Source: a bacterium UBP13_UBA5359 (GTDB lineage Bacteria; UBP13; UBA5359). From it: DNA of 64,000 bases. Each line of letters begins with the position of its first letter. The first letter of the stretch is position 1. The position numbers were made by a program, and so were the translations under genes. The stretch is from the NCBI GenBank assembly GCA_002410925.1, contig DHPR01000027.1, positions 1 to 64,000 of the forward strand. Reading direction: 5' to 3'. The notes below the pieces were generated by a model that was given only the letters and a program-made list of their open reading frames with translations, was not told the origin of the DNA and did no database searches. Shown here in pieces: positions 28,610-40,300 of this stretch.

Positions 28610-31600
28610 TTAACAGCCGGTCGTCACTCTTGGATTCCGGCTTCTGATTTCCGGCTTCTTGCCAACATCATAATCCGTCAGCGCCAGGCTTTCAAAGGAG
28701 CGACCGCTGGCTTTGGCTCTAAGAGCATAGAGCAACGCGGCCGCAGTATCCAATGAGGTCAGGCAGGGCACGCTGTGCTCCACAGAGCAACGCCTGATAC
28801 GCGCAGCCTCCTTCTCCACTGTCTTATCAGGAGAGAGCGTATTGAGCAACAGATTCACCTTGCCGGTACGGATAAGATCTAATAAATTCGGCGTACCCTC
28901 GCTTATTTTCATCACTCTAGTGGCATTCATCCCTTTGCCCTGCAGATAGGAACAGGTACCGCCCGTGGCGTAAATCTCAAAACCCAATTCCTTGAATCCC
29001 CTGATAACGGGAAGAGCTTCCGCCTTATCCTGATCGGCTACGGTTACTATCATAGCACCGGTAAGATCGACATCCAGACCGGATGCTACCATAGCCTTAT
29101 ACAACGCACCTTCAAAGGTAGGATCTACCCCCATAATCTCTCCGGTGGATTTCATTTCCGGACTCAAGCTGATATCCACGGAGATCAGCTTGGCAAAAGA
29201 GAATACCGGCGCCTTGACAGCGACATGCGAGGTTTCCGGATAGAGGCCGCCAGAGCGACCCAGCTCCTTTAAAGTATGCCCCACCATCACCTTGGTAGCC
29301 ACGTTTACCATGGGCACTCCGGTAATTTTGCTCAGATATGGTATGGTTCGGCTGGCCCTTGGGTTAACTTCCAGAATATAAACATCCTCACCATCCACGA
29401 CGAACTGAATATTCATCAAACCCTTGACATGTAGAGCCCGGGATAGCCGGGTAGCATAATCCACCACCTTTCCCTTGACTCCGTCAGAGAGCTTCTGTGG
29501 CGGATAAACCGCCATGCTGTCACCAGAGTGCACACCGGCTCTTTCAATATGCTCCATAATTCCCGGCAGAAAAACGTCGGTGCCGTCGGAGATGACATCC
29601 ACCTCCACTTCCTTGCCCAGAACATATTTATCTATAAGTATGGGATGCCTGGGAGAGATATTCACGGCATACTTCATATAATGAAGCAGATCCTTCTCAT
29701 TATAGACTATCTCCATGGCCCGCCCGCCAAGAACGTAAGAAGGCCGAACCAGAACTGGAAAATCTATCTCCCTGGCAATCTCCAAAGCACCTTCCACTGA
29801 AACGGCTGTGCGGCCATCCGGCTTGGGTATATCCAATTCCCGCAGCAAACGTTCGAACTTCTTGCGATCCTCAGCCATATCGATGAACTCCACCGAGGTT
29901 CCCAATATCTTGACGCCATGTCGAGCCAGAGTGTCGGCCAGATTAATGGCCGTTTGCCCACCGAATTGAACAATAACGCCCTCCGGCTGCTCCTGATCAA
30001 TTATATTCAGCACATCCTCTTCCGTCAGAGGCTCAAAATAAAGCTTATCCGAGGTATCGAAATCAGTACTGACCGTTTCGGGGTTATTGTTAATAATAAT
30101 CGTTTCAAAGCCCTCTTCGCGCAGAGCCCAAACAGAATGCACACTACAGTAATCAAACTCTATTCCTTGCCCAATGCGTATGGGTCCGGAGCCGATTACC
30201 ACCACCCGACGCCGAGAGGATAAGGCCGCCTCATTCTCCTGCTCATAGCTAGAGTAATAATACGGCGTATCGGCCTCAAACTCAGCCGCACAGGTATCAA
30301 CTATCTTGTAAACAGGAAGAACGCCCAACGTCTTACGTAGTGCCCGGATATCGTCCTCTTCCACCTCCACCAGCTCAGCGATATCCCTGTCCGAGAAGCC
30401 TAATGCTTTGTATTTCTCCAGCAGTTCTCGATCCAGACCGGAGAAACCGCGATTCCGCACCCTCTCCTCCAGACCGACCAGATCCTTGATCTTTTGTAAA
30501 AACCACCGATCTATGCCTGTCAGCTGATGTATCTCTTCTACCATTTGACCCCGGCGAAAAGCCTCGGCCAGAACGAAGAGACGCTCATCCGTGGGTACCT
30601 TAAGACGGTTCTCCAGCTCCATCTCCGTCAAAGTACCGATATCCTTATGCCGCAGGCTGTAGGCGCCGTTCTCCAGCGAACGTACCGCTTTCATCAGTGA
30701 AGATTCAAAGTTTCGCCCTATAGACATAACCTCGCCGGTAGCCTTCATCTGGGTGCCGATAACCCTATCGGCCAGGGGAAACTTATCAAAAGGCCAGCGT
30801 GGAATCTTAGTTACCACATAGTCTAAAGCCGGCTCGAAACAGGCCAGCGTTTTGCCTGTAACGGCATTGGCTATCTCATCCAGATGAAGACCAATGGCTA
30901 TTTTGGCTGCCACTCTGGCTATGGGATAACCGGTCGCCTTGGAAGCCAAAGCGCTGGAACGGCTGACGCGCGGGTTGACCTCAATAATAAAGTAATCAAA
31001 ACTCTGCGGATCCAGCGCCATCTGCACATTGCATCCGCCCTCTATCTCCAAAGCACCGATGATCTTCAAAGCGGCATTACGCAGCATCTGGTATTCCTTG
31101 CCAGAGAGTGTCTGGCTAGGCGCCACTACAATACTGTCGCCGGTATGCACACCCATGGGGTCCAGGTTCTCCATATTGCAAACGGTGATACAGTTGTCGG
31201 CGCCGTCGCGCATAACCTCGTATTCAATCTCTTTCCAGCCCAGGACACAGCGCTCCAGCAGTATCTGCCCGATCATGCTCATTTTCAGTCCACGATGAGC
31301 AATATCCTCCAATTGAGCCATATTGTGGGCGATGCCGCCGCCGGTTCCTCCCAGGGTGTAAGCCGGGCGCACAATAACGGGGAAGCCGATGCTTCGGGCA
31401 AACTCCCGAGCTGATTCTATATTCTCGATAATGGCGCTCTCCGGCACAGGTTCATCAATGCTGCTCATCAATTCGCGAAATAGCTCTCTATCTTCAGCTT
31501 TTTTGATAGACTGCAGAGAAGTTCCCAAAAGCTCTACTCCATAGCGGTCTATAACATCTTCTTCAGCCAGAGCCACAGCCAGGTTGAGTCCTGTCTGCCC

Positions 31601-31873
31601 ACCCAGGGTGGGCAGCAATCCGTCAGGCCGCTCACGCTCTATTACCCGAGCAGCAAAATCCACCGTCAGCGGCTCCACATAGACACGATCAGCTATATTA
31701 GTATCGGTCATGATGGTCGCCGGATTGCTGTTGATCAAAACCACTTCCAGGCCCTCTTCTTTTAGAGAGCGGCAGGCCTGAGTTCCGGCATAATCGAATT
31801 CAGCCGCCTGTCCTATGATTATTGGGCCGGAGCCTACTACCATTACTTTCTTTATTTCTTCTCTCCTGGGCAT
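28610..31873 (-). CDS. carB: Carbamoyl-phosphate synthase large subunit
   Basis: [58 protein letters not shown] domain. Confidence 0.98.
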   Translation of the reverse strand: MPRREEIKKVMVVGSGPIIIGQAAEFDYAGTQACRSLKEEGLEVVLINSNPATIMTDTNIADRVYVEPLTVDFAARVIERERPDGLLPTLGGQTGLNLAVALAEEDVIDRYGVELLGTSLQSIKKAEDRELFRELMSSIDEPVPESAIIENIESAREFARSIGFPVIVRPAYTLGGTGGGIAHNMAQLEDIAHRGLKMSMIGQILLERCVLGWKEIEYEVMRDGADNCITVCNMENLDPMGVHTGDSIVVAPSQTLSGKEYQMLRNAALKIIGALEIEGGCNVQMALDPQSFDYFIIEVNPRVSRSSALASKATGYPIARVAAKIAIGLHLDEIANAVTGKTLACFEPALDYVVTKIPRWPFDKFPLADRVIGTQMKATGEVMSIGRNFESSLMKAVRSLENGAYSLRHKDIGTLTEMELENRLKVPTDERLFVLAEAFRRGQMVEEIHQLTGIDRWFLQKIKDLVGLEERVRNRGFSGLDRELLEKYKALGFSDRDIAELVEVEEDDIRALRKTLGVLPVYKIVDTCAAEFEADTPYYYSSYEQENEAALSSRRRVVVIGSGPIRIGQGIEFDYCSVHSVWALREEGFETIIINNNPETVSTDFDTSDKLYFEPLTEEDVLNIIDQEQPEGVIVQFGGQTAINLADTLARHGVKILGTSVEFIDMAEDRKKFERLLRELDIPKPDGRTAVSVEGALEIAREIDFPVLVRPSYVLGGRAMEIVYNEKDLLHYMKYAVNISPRHPILIDKYVLGKEVEVDVISDGTDVFLPGIMEHIERAGVHSGDSMAVYPPQKLSDGVKGKVVDYATRLSRALHVKGLMNIQFVVDGEDVYILEVNPRASRTIPYLSKITGVPMVNVATKVMVGHTLKELGRSGGLYPETSHVAVKAPVFSFAKLISVDISLSPEMKSTGEIMGVDPTFEGALYKAMVASGLDVDLTGAMIVTVADQDKAEALPVIRGFKELGFEIYATGGTCSYLQGKGMNATRVMKISEGTPNLLDLIRTGKVNLLLNTLSPDKTVEKEAARIRRCSVEHSVPCLTSLDTAAALLYALRAKASGRSFESLALTDYDVGKKPEIRSRNPRVTTGC

Positions 31874-31895
31874 CTTCTAACTCCTTTAACAGCTT

Positions 31896-32993
31896 TCAGC
31901 CGTTTTGCCTGTGCGATTGCATCAGTTTGATAAATTTTTCGAACAAGCACCCGTTATCTCCGGACCCCGGTAATGTTTCCGGATTATATTGAATCGAGAA
32001 AACCGGCAGTTCTCTATGTCTGAGCCCTTCCACAGTGTTATCATTCAGATTGATATGAGAAATATCAACAGCAGCATCTTCGACCGTAGCGACGTCAACA
32101 GCATAGCCGTGATTTTGAGAAGTTATATGAATGCGCCCGGTATCAAGATCTTTAACCGGATGGTTGACGCCGCGATGACCGAACTTGAGCTTGTATGTTC
32201 TGCAGCCAAAGGCCAGTCCCAGCAACTGGTGCCCCAGACAGATACCCATTATCGGCCTCTTGCCCAGTAGCAACTTCAGAGTATTCACAGCATAATCGAG
32301 TCTCGCAGGATCACCCGGTCCGGACGAAAGAAAGATGCCGTCCGGATCATATCCGAGAACATCGGCAGAGGTACTGGCGCAGGGAAGAACAGTGACACTG
32401 CATCCCAGAGCAGACAGAGAATTGAGGATGCTAAATTTAACGCCATAATCGATCAAGGCCACCTTGAAGCGCTCTTTCACCCCGGTTGGAAGAGGCCAGG
32501 TGTAAGGCTTATCGGTACTGACCTGAGTAACATAATCTATTCCGGCATACTGCGTGGAGGCTTTCAATTTGCTCAGAGCGATATATGGATCGGGATCCGG
32601 AGTTATTATACCCATCATAACGCCTCTTGAGCGCAGGTGGCGGGTGAGTGCCCGGGTATCTATGTCCTGTATGGCTACTATCCCCCGCTCATCTAAAAAA
32701 TCATGCAAATTGCCGCTGCTGCGCCAGTTGCTCTCCACCTGACTCAGGTCTTTGATGATAAAGCCGGCTACCTGTAACTGCCGGGATTCGAAATCCTCTT
32801 CATTGATACCGTAGTTGCCGATCAGAGGATAGGTAAGGGTAACTATCTGGCCGCGATAGGAGGGATCGGAGAGGATCTCCTGATAACCTGTCATCCCCGT
32901 ATTGAAAACCACTTCTCCTATCTGTTCCCCTGCCCGGCCGAAGCCCTTGCCGGCATAAACCGTCCCGTCATCAAGTATAAGATATGATTTCAC
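31896..32993 (-). CDS. carA: Carbamoyl-phosphate synthase small subunit (catalytic His replaced by Asn)
   Basis: GEVVFNTGMTGYQE, DTRALT, GICLGHQ, FGHRG.NHPV, SQNHG, but QYNPE in place of QYHPE. Confidence 0.95.
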   Translation of the reverse strand: MKSYLILDDGTVYAGKGFGRAGEQIGEVVFNTGMTGYQEILSDPSYRGQIVTLTYPLIGNYGINEEDFESRQLQVAGFIIKDLSQVESNWRSSGNLHDFLDERGIVAIQDIDTRALTRHLRSRGVMMGIITPDPDPYIALSKLKASTQYAGIDYVTQVSTDKPYTWPLPTGVKERFKVALIDYGVKFSILNSLSALGCSVTVLPCASTSADVLGYDPDGIFLSSGPGDPARLDYAVNTLKLLLGKRPIMGICLGHQLLGLAFGCRTYKLKFGHRGVNHPVKDLDTGRIHITSQNHGYAVDVATVEDAAVDISHINLNDNTVEGLRHRELPVFSIQYNPETLPGSGDNGCLFEKFIKLMQSHRQNG

Positions 32994-32995
32994 TG

Positions 32996-34273
32996 TTACC
33001 TCCGAAAAACTACTTTTCCGCCAACAATGGTAGCTACAGCTCGCCCCTTTACCTTCCAGCCGGCAAAGGGTGTGTTGCGAGCCTTGGAAAGGAAGACTGA
33101 TGGCTCTATGATATGCTCTTCATTTAGATCGATCACGGTAATGTCAGCAGGCAGTCCCACTGACAAACGCCCTCCCGTCACACCCAGTGCGGCAGCAGGT
33201 CCAGCGCTCATGGCCTTCAACAGGCGCTCTAAAGGCACTGCCCCGCTGTGCACCAGAGCTGTCAGCAAGACCGGCAACGCTGTTTCCAGCCCAATCAGTC
33301 CAAAAGGAGCCAGGTCATACTCCACCATTTTCTCCTCCACGGCATGCGGCGCATGGTCGGTGGCAATAACGCCGATGGTGCTATCGTTAAGAGCCTTTAT
33401 CATAGCCAAACGATCTATATCACTGCGCAAGGGAGGGCTGACCTTGGTAGCGGTATCATAGCCCTCCACCGCCTCATCCGTCAGCGTCAAATGATGCGGC
33501 GTTACCTCTGCCGTCACCCGACAGCCTTGCCGTATCGCCTGCCTTACCATCTCAGCAGAACGGCGTGTGCTGATATGAGCAATATGCAGCCGAGCATTGG
33601 CCTCCTCTGCCAGCAAGATATCCCTGGCCACAATAATATCCTCCGCTGATCCCGGTATGCCTCGCAGGCCAAGTCTCAGGGAAACAGGACTCAGATGCAT
33701 GGCACCATTTGCAGCTAGATTTTCATCCAGGCAATGGGTTATTACAGGCAGATCGAACCTGCCTGCATATTGAAAAGCTAATCGCATCAGCTCCGCACTC
33801 ATAACAGTACGGCCGTCATCCGACACGGCCACGGCACCGGCCTGAGCCATCTCCCCCATCAGAGAGAGTTCTTTACCCTGCAACCCTTTGCTGATACTAC
33901 CGCAGACCATTAATCTGGCTCCATTTGCACCGGCTGCCTTGTCATACATATAGCGCACGATGGCGCCGTTATCGCAGACGGGAGATGTATTGGGCATAGC
34001 CATCACGGCCGTAAACCCACCGGCAGCCGCTGCCGCCAATCCGCTGTGAATATCCTCCTTGTGAATGAAACCCGGTTCTCGCAAATGAACATGCATATCG
34101 ATCAAGCCGGGAACTACCGCCAGGCCATCGGCATTGAAAACTTCCGTTCCCGGACCACCTTCCAGGTTACAACCCTTATCGGCGATAAGGCCATCATCAC
34201 TTACCAGTATATCGCTCTGCTTCAAAAGAGAGCTATCAGCATCAAAGATTTCTCCGCCTTTAATCAACAGCAA
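32996..34273 (-). CDS. pyrC: Dihydroorotase
   Basis: [53 protein letters not shown] 34273 follows GGAGG. Confidence 0.96.
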   Translation of the reverse strand: MLLIKGGEIFDADSSLLKQSDILVSDDGLIADKGCNLEGGPGTEVFNADGLAVVPGLIDMHVHLREPGFIHKEDIHSGLAAAAAGGFTAVMAMPNTSPVCDNGAIVRYMYDKAAGANGARLMVCGSISKGLQGKELSLMGEMAQAGAVAVSDDGRTVMSAELMRLAFQYAGRFDLPVITHCLDENLAANGAMHLSPVSLRLGLRGIPGSAEDIIVARDILLAEEANARLHIAHISTRRSAEMVRQAIRQGCRVTAEVTPHHLTLTDEAVEGYDTATKVSPPLRSDIDRLAMIKALNDSTIGVIATDHAPHAVEEKMVEYDLAPFGLIGLETALPVLLTALVHSGAVPLERLLKAMSAGPAAALGVTGGRLSVGLPADITVIDLNEEHIIEPSVFLSKARNTPFAGWKVKGRAVATIVGGKVVFRR

Positions 34274-35195
34274 TTTCAGCACCTCCCAGTAGCAGATAAA
34301 GTAAAGCCATACGTACAGCTACGCCGTTGCGGACTTGCTCCAGGATAACCGAACGTTCACCATCGGCTACGTCCCCTCGTATCTCCACGCCCCGGTTCAT
34401 CGGCCCCGGGTGCATTAACAAAGCATCCGGCTTGGCCCGTTGCAATCTGTCCATATTTACACCGTAATAATAGCTGTACTCTTCAATTGTAGGAAAAAGC
34501 CCCCTGGCTTGGCGCTCTACTTGCAGCCGCAGCACATTGATAACATCGGCGTCCTCCAGGGCGCGATCCAGATCATACTCGATGGTAGCCCCCATAGCGG
34601 CCAACTCCGGCGGCAGAAGAGTGGGCGGACCGCAGAGCACCACCTCCGCCCCGCATTTGCATAGGCCCCACACGTTAGACTTAGCCACCCGGCTATGCAG
34701 AATATCCCCAATAATAACAACCTTGAGTCCCTTGAAACCGCCCTTCTTATCCCTGATGGTAAACATATCCAGCAATGCCTGAGTAGGATGCTCATGCATA
34801 CCGTCTCCGGCGTTAAGCACAGAGCACCCTACCGCCTCGGCAGCCAGTTCCGGTGCCCCGGCGCAACTATGCCTGATAATGATGGCATCGGCGCCGACAG
34901 CCTCAAGGTTGAGAACCGTATCCATCAGCCCTTCGCCCTTAGTTACGCTGCTGGTAGGCGGTGAAATAGCATAAGTATCGGCTGAAAGCATCTTGGCCGC
35001 GGTATCAAAGGATGAGCGGGTCCTGGTGCTGGCTTCATAAAAGAGCGTAAACACTGCCTTGCTTCGCAGAGCCGGAACCTTGCGAATAGGGCGATCGAAT
35101 ATTGTTTTCAACCTGACGGCCGTATCTAATATATGCTCTATTTCGGCTGCGCTGAGATTGCGCAAACCGAGAAGATCTTTTCTTCTCCAGACCAT
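34260..35195 (-). CDS. pyrB: Aspartate carbamoyltransferase catalytic subunit
   Basis: [44 protein letters not shown]. Confidence 0.97.
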   Translation of the reverse strand: MVWRRKDLLGLRNLSAAEIEHILDTAVRLKTIFDRPIRKVPALRSKAVFTLFYEASTRTRSSFDTAAKMLSADTYAISPPTSSVTKGEGLMDTVLNLEAVGADAIIIRHSCAGAPELAAEAVGCSVLNAGDGMHEHPTQALLDMFTIRDKKGGFKGLKVVIIGDILHSRVAKSNVWGLCKCGAEVVLCGPPTLLPPELAAMGATIEYDLDRALEDADVINVLRLQVERQARGLFPTIEEYSYYYGVNMDRLQRAKPDALLMHPGPMNRGVEIRGDVADGERSVILEQVRNGVAVRMALLYLLLGGAEIAVD

Positions 35196-35251
35196 TGCTT
35201 TCCCCCGTCTAAGTATTCAGTCCGTTTGTATGTTAAGACATAGCATCAGAC

Positions 35252-35785
<534 letters not shown>

Positions 35786-35796
35786 CTAACCCTCCA

Positions 35797-35832
35797 TAAA
35801 AAAACCTTTCCCCTTTAGTGAGGAAAGGTTTT
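35797..35832 (-). terminator. Attenuator terminator of the pyr leader
   Basis: Minus strand AAAACCTTTCCTC-ACTAAA-GGGGAAAGGTTTTTTT directly upstream of the pyrR RBS. Confidence 0.85.
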
Positions 35833-35941
35833 TAATCTATCTGCTGCTACTGAAAAACAGCTGCCCCCGCCGAGTCGTATACCCCCGGCAGTGGCAGCCG
35901 TTAAAATTTTATCTACTCCGTATAATCGTTGCATGACCTTA

Positions 35942-35974
35942 CCCTTGTTAGCCTCTCCGAGCTATTTTAAAGGC
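35942..35974 (-). promoter_or_regulatory. PyrR-binding RNA loop (anti-antiterminator)
   Basis: Minus strand CCTTTAAAATAGCTCGGAGAGGCTAACAAGGG resembles the consensus CCUUUAA..ARUCCNGNGAGGYU..AAGG. Confidence 0.8.
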
Positions 35975-36038
35975 TTTGAGTAATATACCACAGCAGAAAG
36001 AAGGAAGTCAATGCGGAATTTGGGGCAGATTATCGATT

Positions 36039-37055
36039 TTACGTATCATCCGAGATCTTCCTTGTGCTTTCTCTTACAACCAGCTTCGGATCCAGAACCT
36101 GAGACGATACACTCTTTCCTGCGATCAAGTCAAGCAACATCTCCGTCGCTATTTCTCCCAGCCGGCATTTAGGTTGCGCAACCGTCGTCAAAGCAGGGGT
36201 AAGCATAGCAGCAATCGCCAAGTCGTCACTCCCCACCAAAGAAATATCCTCCGGAACACTCAGACCTAACTTCTTCACACAGGCAATCACACCTGCAGCA
36301 GTAGTATCATCATGGGCGTATACAGCCGTAAAGTCCTTGTTACGTTTCCAAAGCCTTTGTATGGCTTCATATCCCTCTTCCCTTCCGAAGTCGGAGTTTT
36401 CCACAAGGCTGACATCAAAATCGATATTGTATGCCTGCAAAGCTTTACAATAGCCCGACAAGCGCCTCTTTTTTGTATCCTCGGTAGAGCCTAAGAAAGC
36501 AATTCGTTTATGTCCAAATTGAATCAGATGTTCCGTACCGGCATAGCCTAGCTTTTCACCATCCACTAAAACGTACGGAATATCTACCTTCTGCCGACGA
36601 TGGGCTACGAAAACGCACGGAAACCCTTCACAAAGAATATCCCGATAAGCCTTGATATTTTCACTGGCACTGGCCGGTGCGACAATAATGCCGTCCACTT
36701 TCTTACCATGCAGCAATTCCAGATAGTATTTTTCATCTACATCCTTATGGTCAGTCATACCGAGCATAACGTTATACCCAGAACGTTTGGCTACAACTTC
36801 TATCCCCTGCAGAATGGCCGGCATAGTGGAATACTCTATGTTTCCCACCACCACCCCTATCAATCCGCTGCATTTCAACCGCAGTCCTCTGGCCATAACG
36901 TTAGGACGGTATCCCAGCTTGACAACGGCATCCTGGACACGTTTTCTGGTACGCTCACTGACTCTGACATTGCTGCGCTTATTATTGATGACCACAGAGG
37001 CAGTGCTGATAGATACGCCTGCTTCCCTGGCTACGTCCGAAATGGTAGTAGACAT
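36039..37055 (-). CDS. LacI family transcriptional regulator
   Basis: TISDVAREAGVSISTAS, LGYRPN..ARGL, VPEDISLVG.DD, LTTVAQP; start placed at ATG 37055. Confidence 0.95.
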   Translation of the reverse strand: MSTTISDVAREAGVSISTASVVINNKRSNVRVSERTRKRVQDAVVKLGYRPNVMARGLRLKCSGLIGVVVGNIEYSTMPAILQGIEVVAKRSGYNVMLGMTDHKDVDEKYYLELLHGKKVDGIIVAPASASENIKAYRDILCEGFPCVFVAHRRQKVDIPYVLVDGEKLGYAGTEHLIQFGHKRIAFLGSTEDTKKRRLSGYCKALQAYNIDFDVSLVENSDFGREEGYEAIQRLWKRNKDFTAVYAHDDTTAAGVIACVKKLGLSVPEDISLVGSDDLAIAAMLTPALTTVAQPKCRLGEIATEMLLDLIAGKSVSSQVLDPKLVVRESTRKISDDT

Positions 37056-37081
37056 GCACACTCTCCCAGAAACGTTGTTAT

Positions 37082-37138
37082 CGAAACCTTTAATCATAAT
37101 ACCTGCCTATCGTACATCGTAAATATACCATTTGTCAA
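37082..37138 (-). promoter_or_regulatory. lacI-gene promoter and candidate operator
   Basis: TTGACA (37133-37138), 18 nt, TACGAT; 17-mer CGAAACCTTTAATCATA (37082-37098) recurs at 48977-48993. Confidence 0.6.
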
Positions 37139-37383
37139 CACGTTTTTAAAAGGAACCGCTTTGCCGCCGGTATTATCGCCGAGATCGGCAACATCAAGAG
37201 ATTCTATTCTGCCAGTTTTAATCTGTAATCTCTCTCTTGCTCTTTTTTCTTTCCTCTTTTTAACTCTGGAGACGGCTTCGGCTTTTATGCCCTTTTCAGC
37301 CTTCCAAAGTTGGATCTGTTCGCCTTTTTCCCTTCTTTTAATTTCTGACATTTTATCGGCTCCCTTTGAAAATTATTTTTCGC

Positions 37384-40300
37384 TTACAAAGATCTAAGAA
37401 TGTTAATGTGATTTACGATATCGCTTCTGATCTCGTCATACTTCGAATGCGACCATAACGGCAAATCCGTAACCGGCTCACCGGTGGCCGGATTGCACCA
37501 CACTCCCTGGCGGGCCGCATCGATATCGCTCTTTAAGCCGTCCAGGTACGCCTGAGCCGCAGCAGCTTCGGTTGTTCCCGGATGTGCCGCAATCAGCAGC
37601 TCCAGAGTGCGGATATACTTGATGTCGTCAATGCCCTCTCTGATCGCCTCCCATGTTGTTGTGGAAATAGGTCCGGAGAGATCGGGTATTATCTCATGTG
37701 CGTGAACGCCATCAGGATTGGATAGCGGGTTCAACGGCATCCCTCCTCCCCAAAAGACGGCATAATCCCAAACGAGGTGTCCCTTTGCACCCTGCCACCA
37801 AGTTCTGTAACCTATATTGAATCTGCTTTTGGCGGGAATATACGACCAGGTGGGACCGTTATAAACCCAGAAATCAAAGCCGTAGGTGGCTGCATCCTGC
37901 CGTATCTGCGTCAACTGGCTTTCACATGAGCCATTGTAGCAGCGAACTTTAAGAAGCAATGGTGAGGTCCTGAAAAGCGAGCCGTAATGAGATTCAACGC
38001 CTACCGTACAGAAATTTTCTATACCGTAATCGTCTAAATAATCAAACGCGTCAAGATAGTTCTCCACCCTATAATCAAATACAGGCTCATCAAGGTAAAA
38101 ATAGAAACCGGGCAGCCCTTCCGACGTACAGATGCTTTGCAGCTGCAGGAGAGGATCCTTGACCTCATTATCCCACTCCGATGAATTGAAGGTTATTCTG
38201 TTCCCTGTCAGATCATAAGGAAGATACTGCTCCAGACTCAGCGGTATGGGATGGGTCAGACCGGCGCTATCGGCGCACCTGAACAGATCTGCCAAGCCGT
38301 TGACATTTATAGAGGCGTTGGGCCTTTGTGTTCCCAGGTCTGTCCACGGATTCTGTGTTATCGGCCGGAAATTTACCGTATTCATGCCGTGTTCCTTCAT
38401 ATCCTGCAACTCCAATGGCAGAGTATCCCAGCCAGTAACTCCGTTATCCAGACTCTTCCTGGGTAGATGGTAAGCCATACAAAAGGTATAATCCTCAGCA
38501 GGATCAAGAGTGAACGGATGGACCGTCAGCTTAACCCGCATGACTTTACGTTTATTGCCGCTGCCAAGTGCTTTCAGGACCACAGTCGAATAGTAATCGC
38601 CTGCTTGAGTACCTGCAGGAACCTTTGTTGTAAGCCAAAAGGAGTAATTACTATTCTGATACAGGTTGTGAGGCACGTACGCCTCTAAAGCCTTGGGGAA
38701 GCTCATATATCTGGCAGGCTTGAAGCCGTCATGATTATGATAATAATGCTTCACTTCTTTCAGCTGAATAGCAGATTTATCTATTTTCTGCCAATCGACA
38801 TCAGCGTATATCTTCACATCGCTGATAATCCCCTTGGCAAACATGCAACCTGCATTACGGCTGGTGCCTATGTAAGTGGTCGCATTGTTGATAAGCATAC
38901 CTGTAAAAGGCGTAGTAGCTCTGTTCACCCCATCTATATAAAGGATAATGTTAGCTCCGTCATACGTAAAAGCAACCTTATGCCATTCTCCGAAGAGAGA
39001 ATAGCCTCCAGCAGTTAATTGTTTAAATCCCTGATTAGTCCATAAATTCAGAGCTAATCTGTTTCCAGAGGTAACTATGAGCTCAAAGCTGCCGGTCTGA
39101 GCGACTATAACATGGTTGCTCTTCTGCCACTCGGATGGCGGATACTCCTTGCCCTCCAGCTTGATATATGCCTCGACCGTAATCTTATTTGTAAAATTGA
39201 AATTGTTATTGATACTGATATAGGTGCCTGTAATATCAGCTCCGTTGAAATAGAGATAATCCTGGTCGTTCTCTTTCATCCAGCAACCGTTACCCATGGA
39301 GAGGGTACCATTATGCACCGGATTACTGTTGGATATATCCCCCGCCGTCGTTCCCGTGCCCTCGTCTAACGGCCAGTAGCCGAGAAGGGATGCAGCCGAC
39401 GACTCGAAATCGGTATATTTTATCTTGAAGCTTTCCAAGTTTCTTAATGGCGTTAAGGTGAAGGTCAGCGGCTCATACTCTTTCGGCGCCGCTGCCGTCG
39501 CCAGTTCTACCACACCGCTGAGATTCTTCTGGAGATGACTGTTCTTGTAAACGATATCCAGATAATTATGTGAGAAGAGATAGAAACCCCTGTCTTCGGT
39601 TTCCGTATCGGCTGTGGGCAGCGATGCCGTTTCATCAAAAACATACCGCGTATAGTTAGGAATATAGTTCCAGTTGCCCCCCAGGTAAATATCCTCCTCC
39701 AGCTTCTTTATTTCGGCTGCATAGGTGAAGAAATCATCGCTGGCAGGATAGACAATTAATCCATTGGCAAGCCATTTATATGTTCCTGTACCAGCCCCGG
39801 TAAAGCCAATCGTCAAAGTGCCGGATGTAACCGTGGCAGTAAAACGTTGCAAGCGATATATGTTAGCGCTCACAGTAGAAGCACCTACGGCCTTACCGTT
39901 GATGCTTACGGTATAAGCCGGCGGCACGGTTGTATCCCCTGCCAAAAGATAGATGATATAGTCGCCGTTGGCTAAATCAACTTTAAATTCGTTGCTGTTC
40001 GTTCCTCTTACAAAGTCGCAGCATAGATCATCAGGCCCCCAATCATTGACTGTCCTGCTGATGCTGCTCAGGCCGGTGATAGAGGTAAAGCCGTAGCTTC
40101 CCGCCGCATAAAGAGTGCTTTCCGTAACTCTGGTAAATCCGCTTTTCAATGGGGATGCGGAACTGCCGAAATCGAAAGCTACAGGAAAGCTCGGATAAAC
40201 AGCAGAGGGTACAACCTTTTCAAAAGCACTCTTCGCATAACCAATCGCTACATGGTCATATATCTTAACATCGCTGATAATTCCCTTGGCGAACATACAG

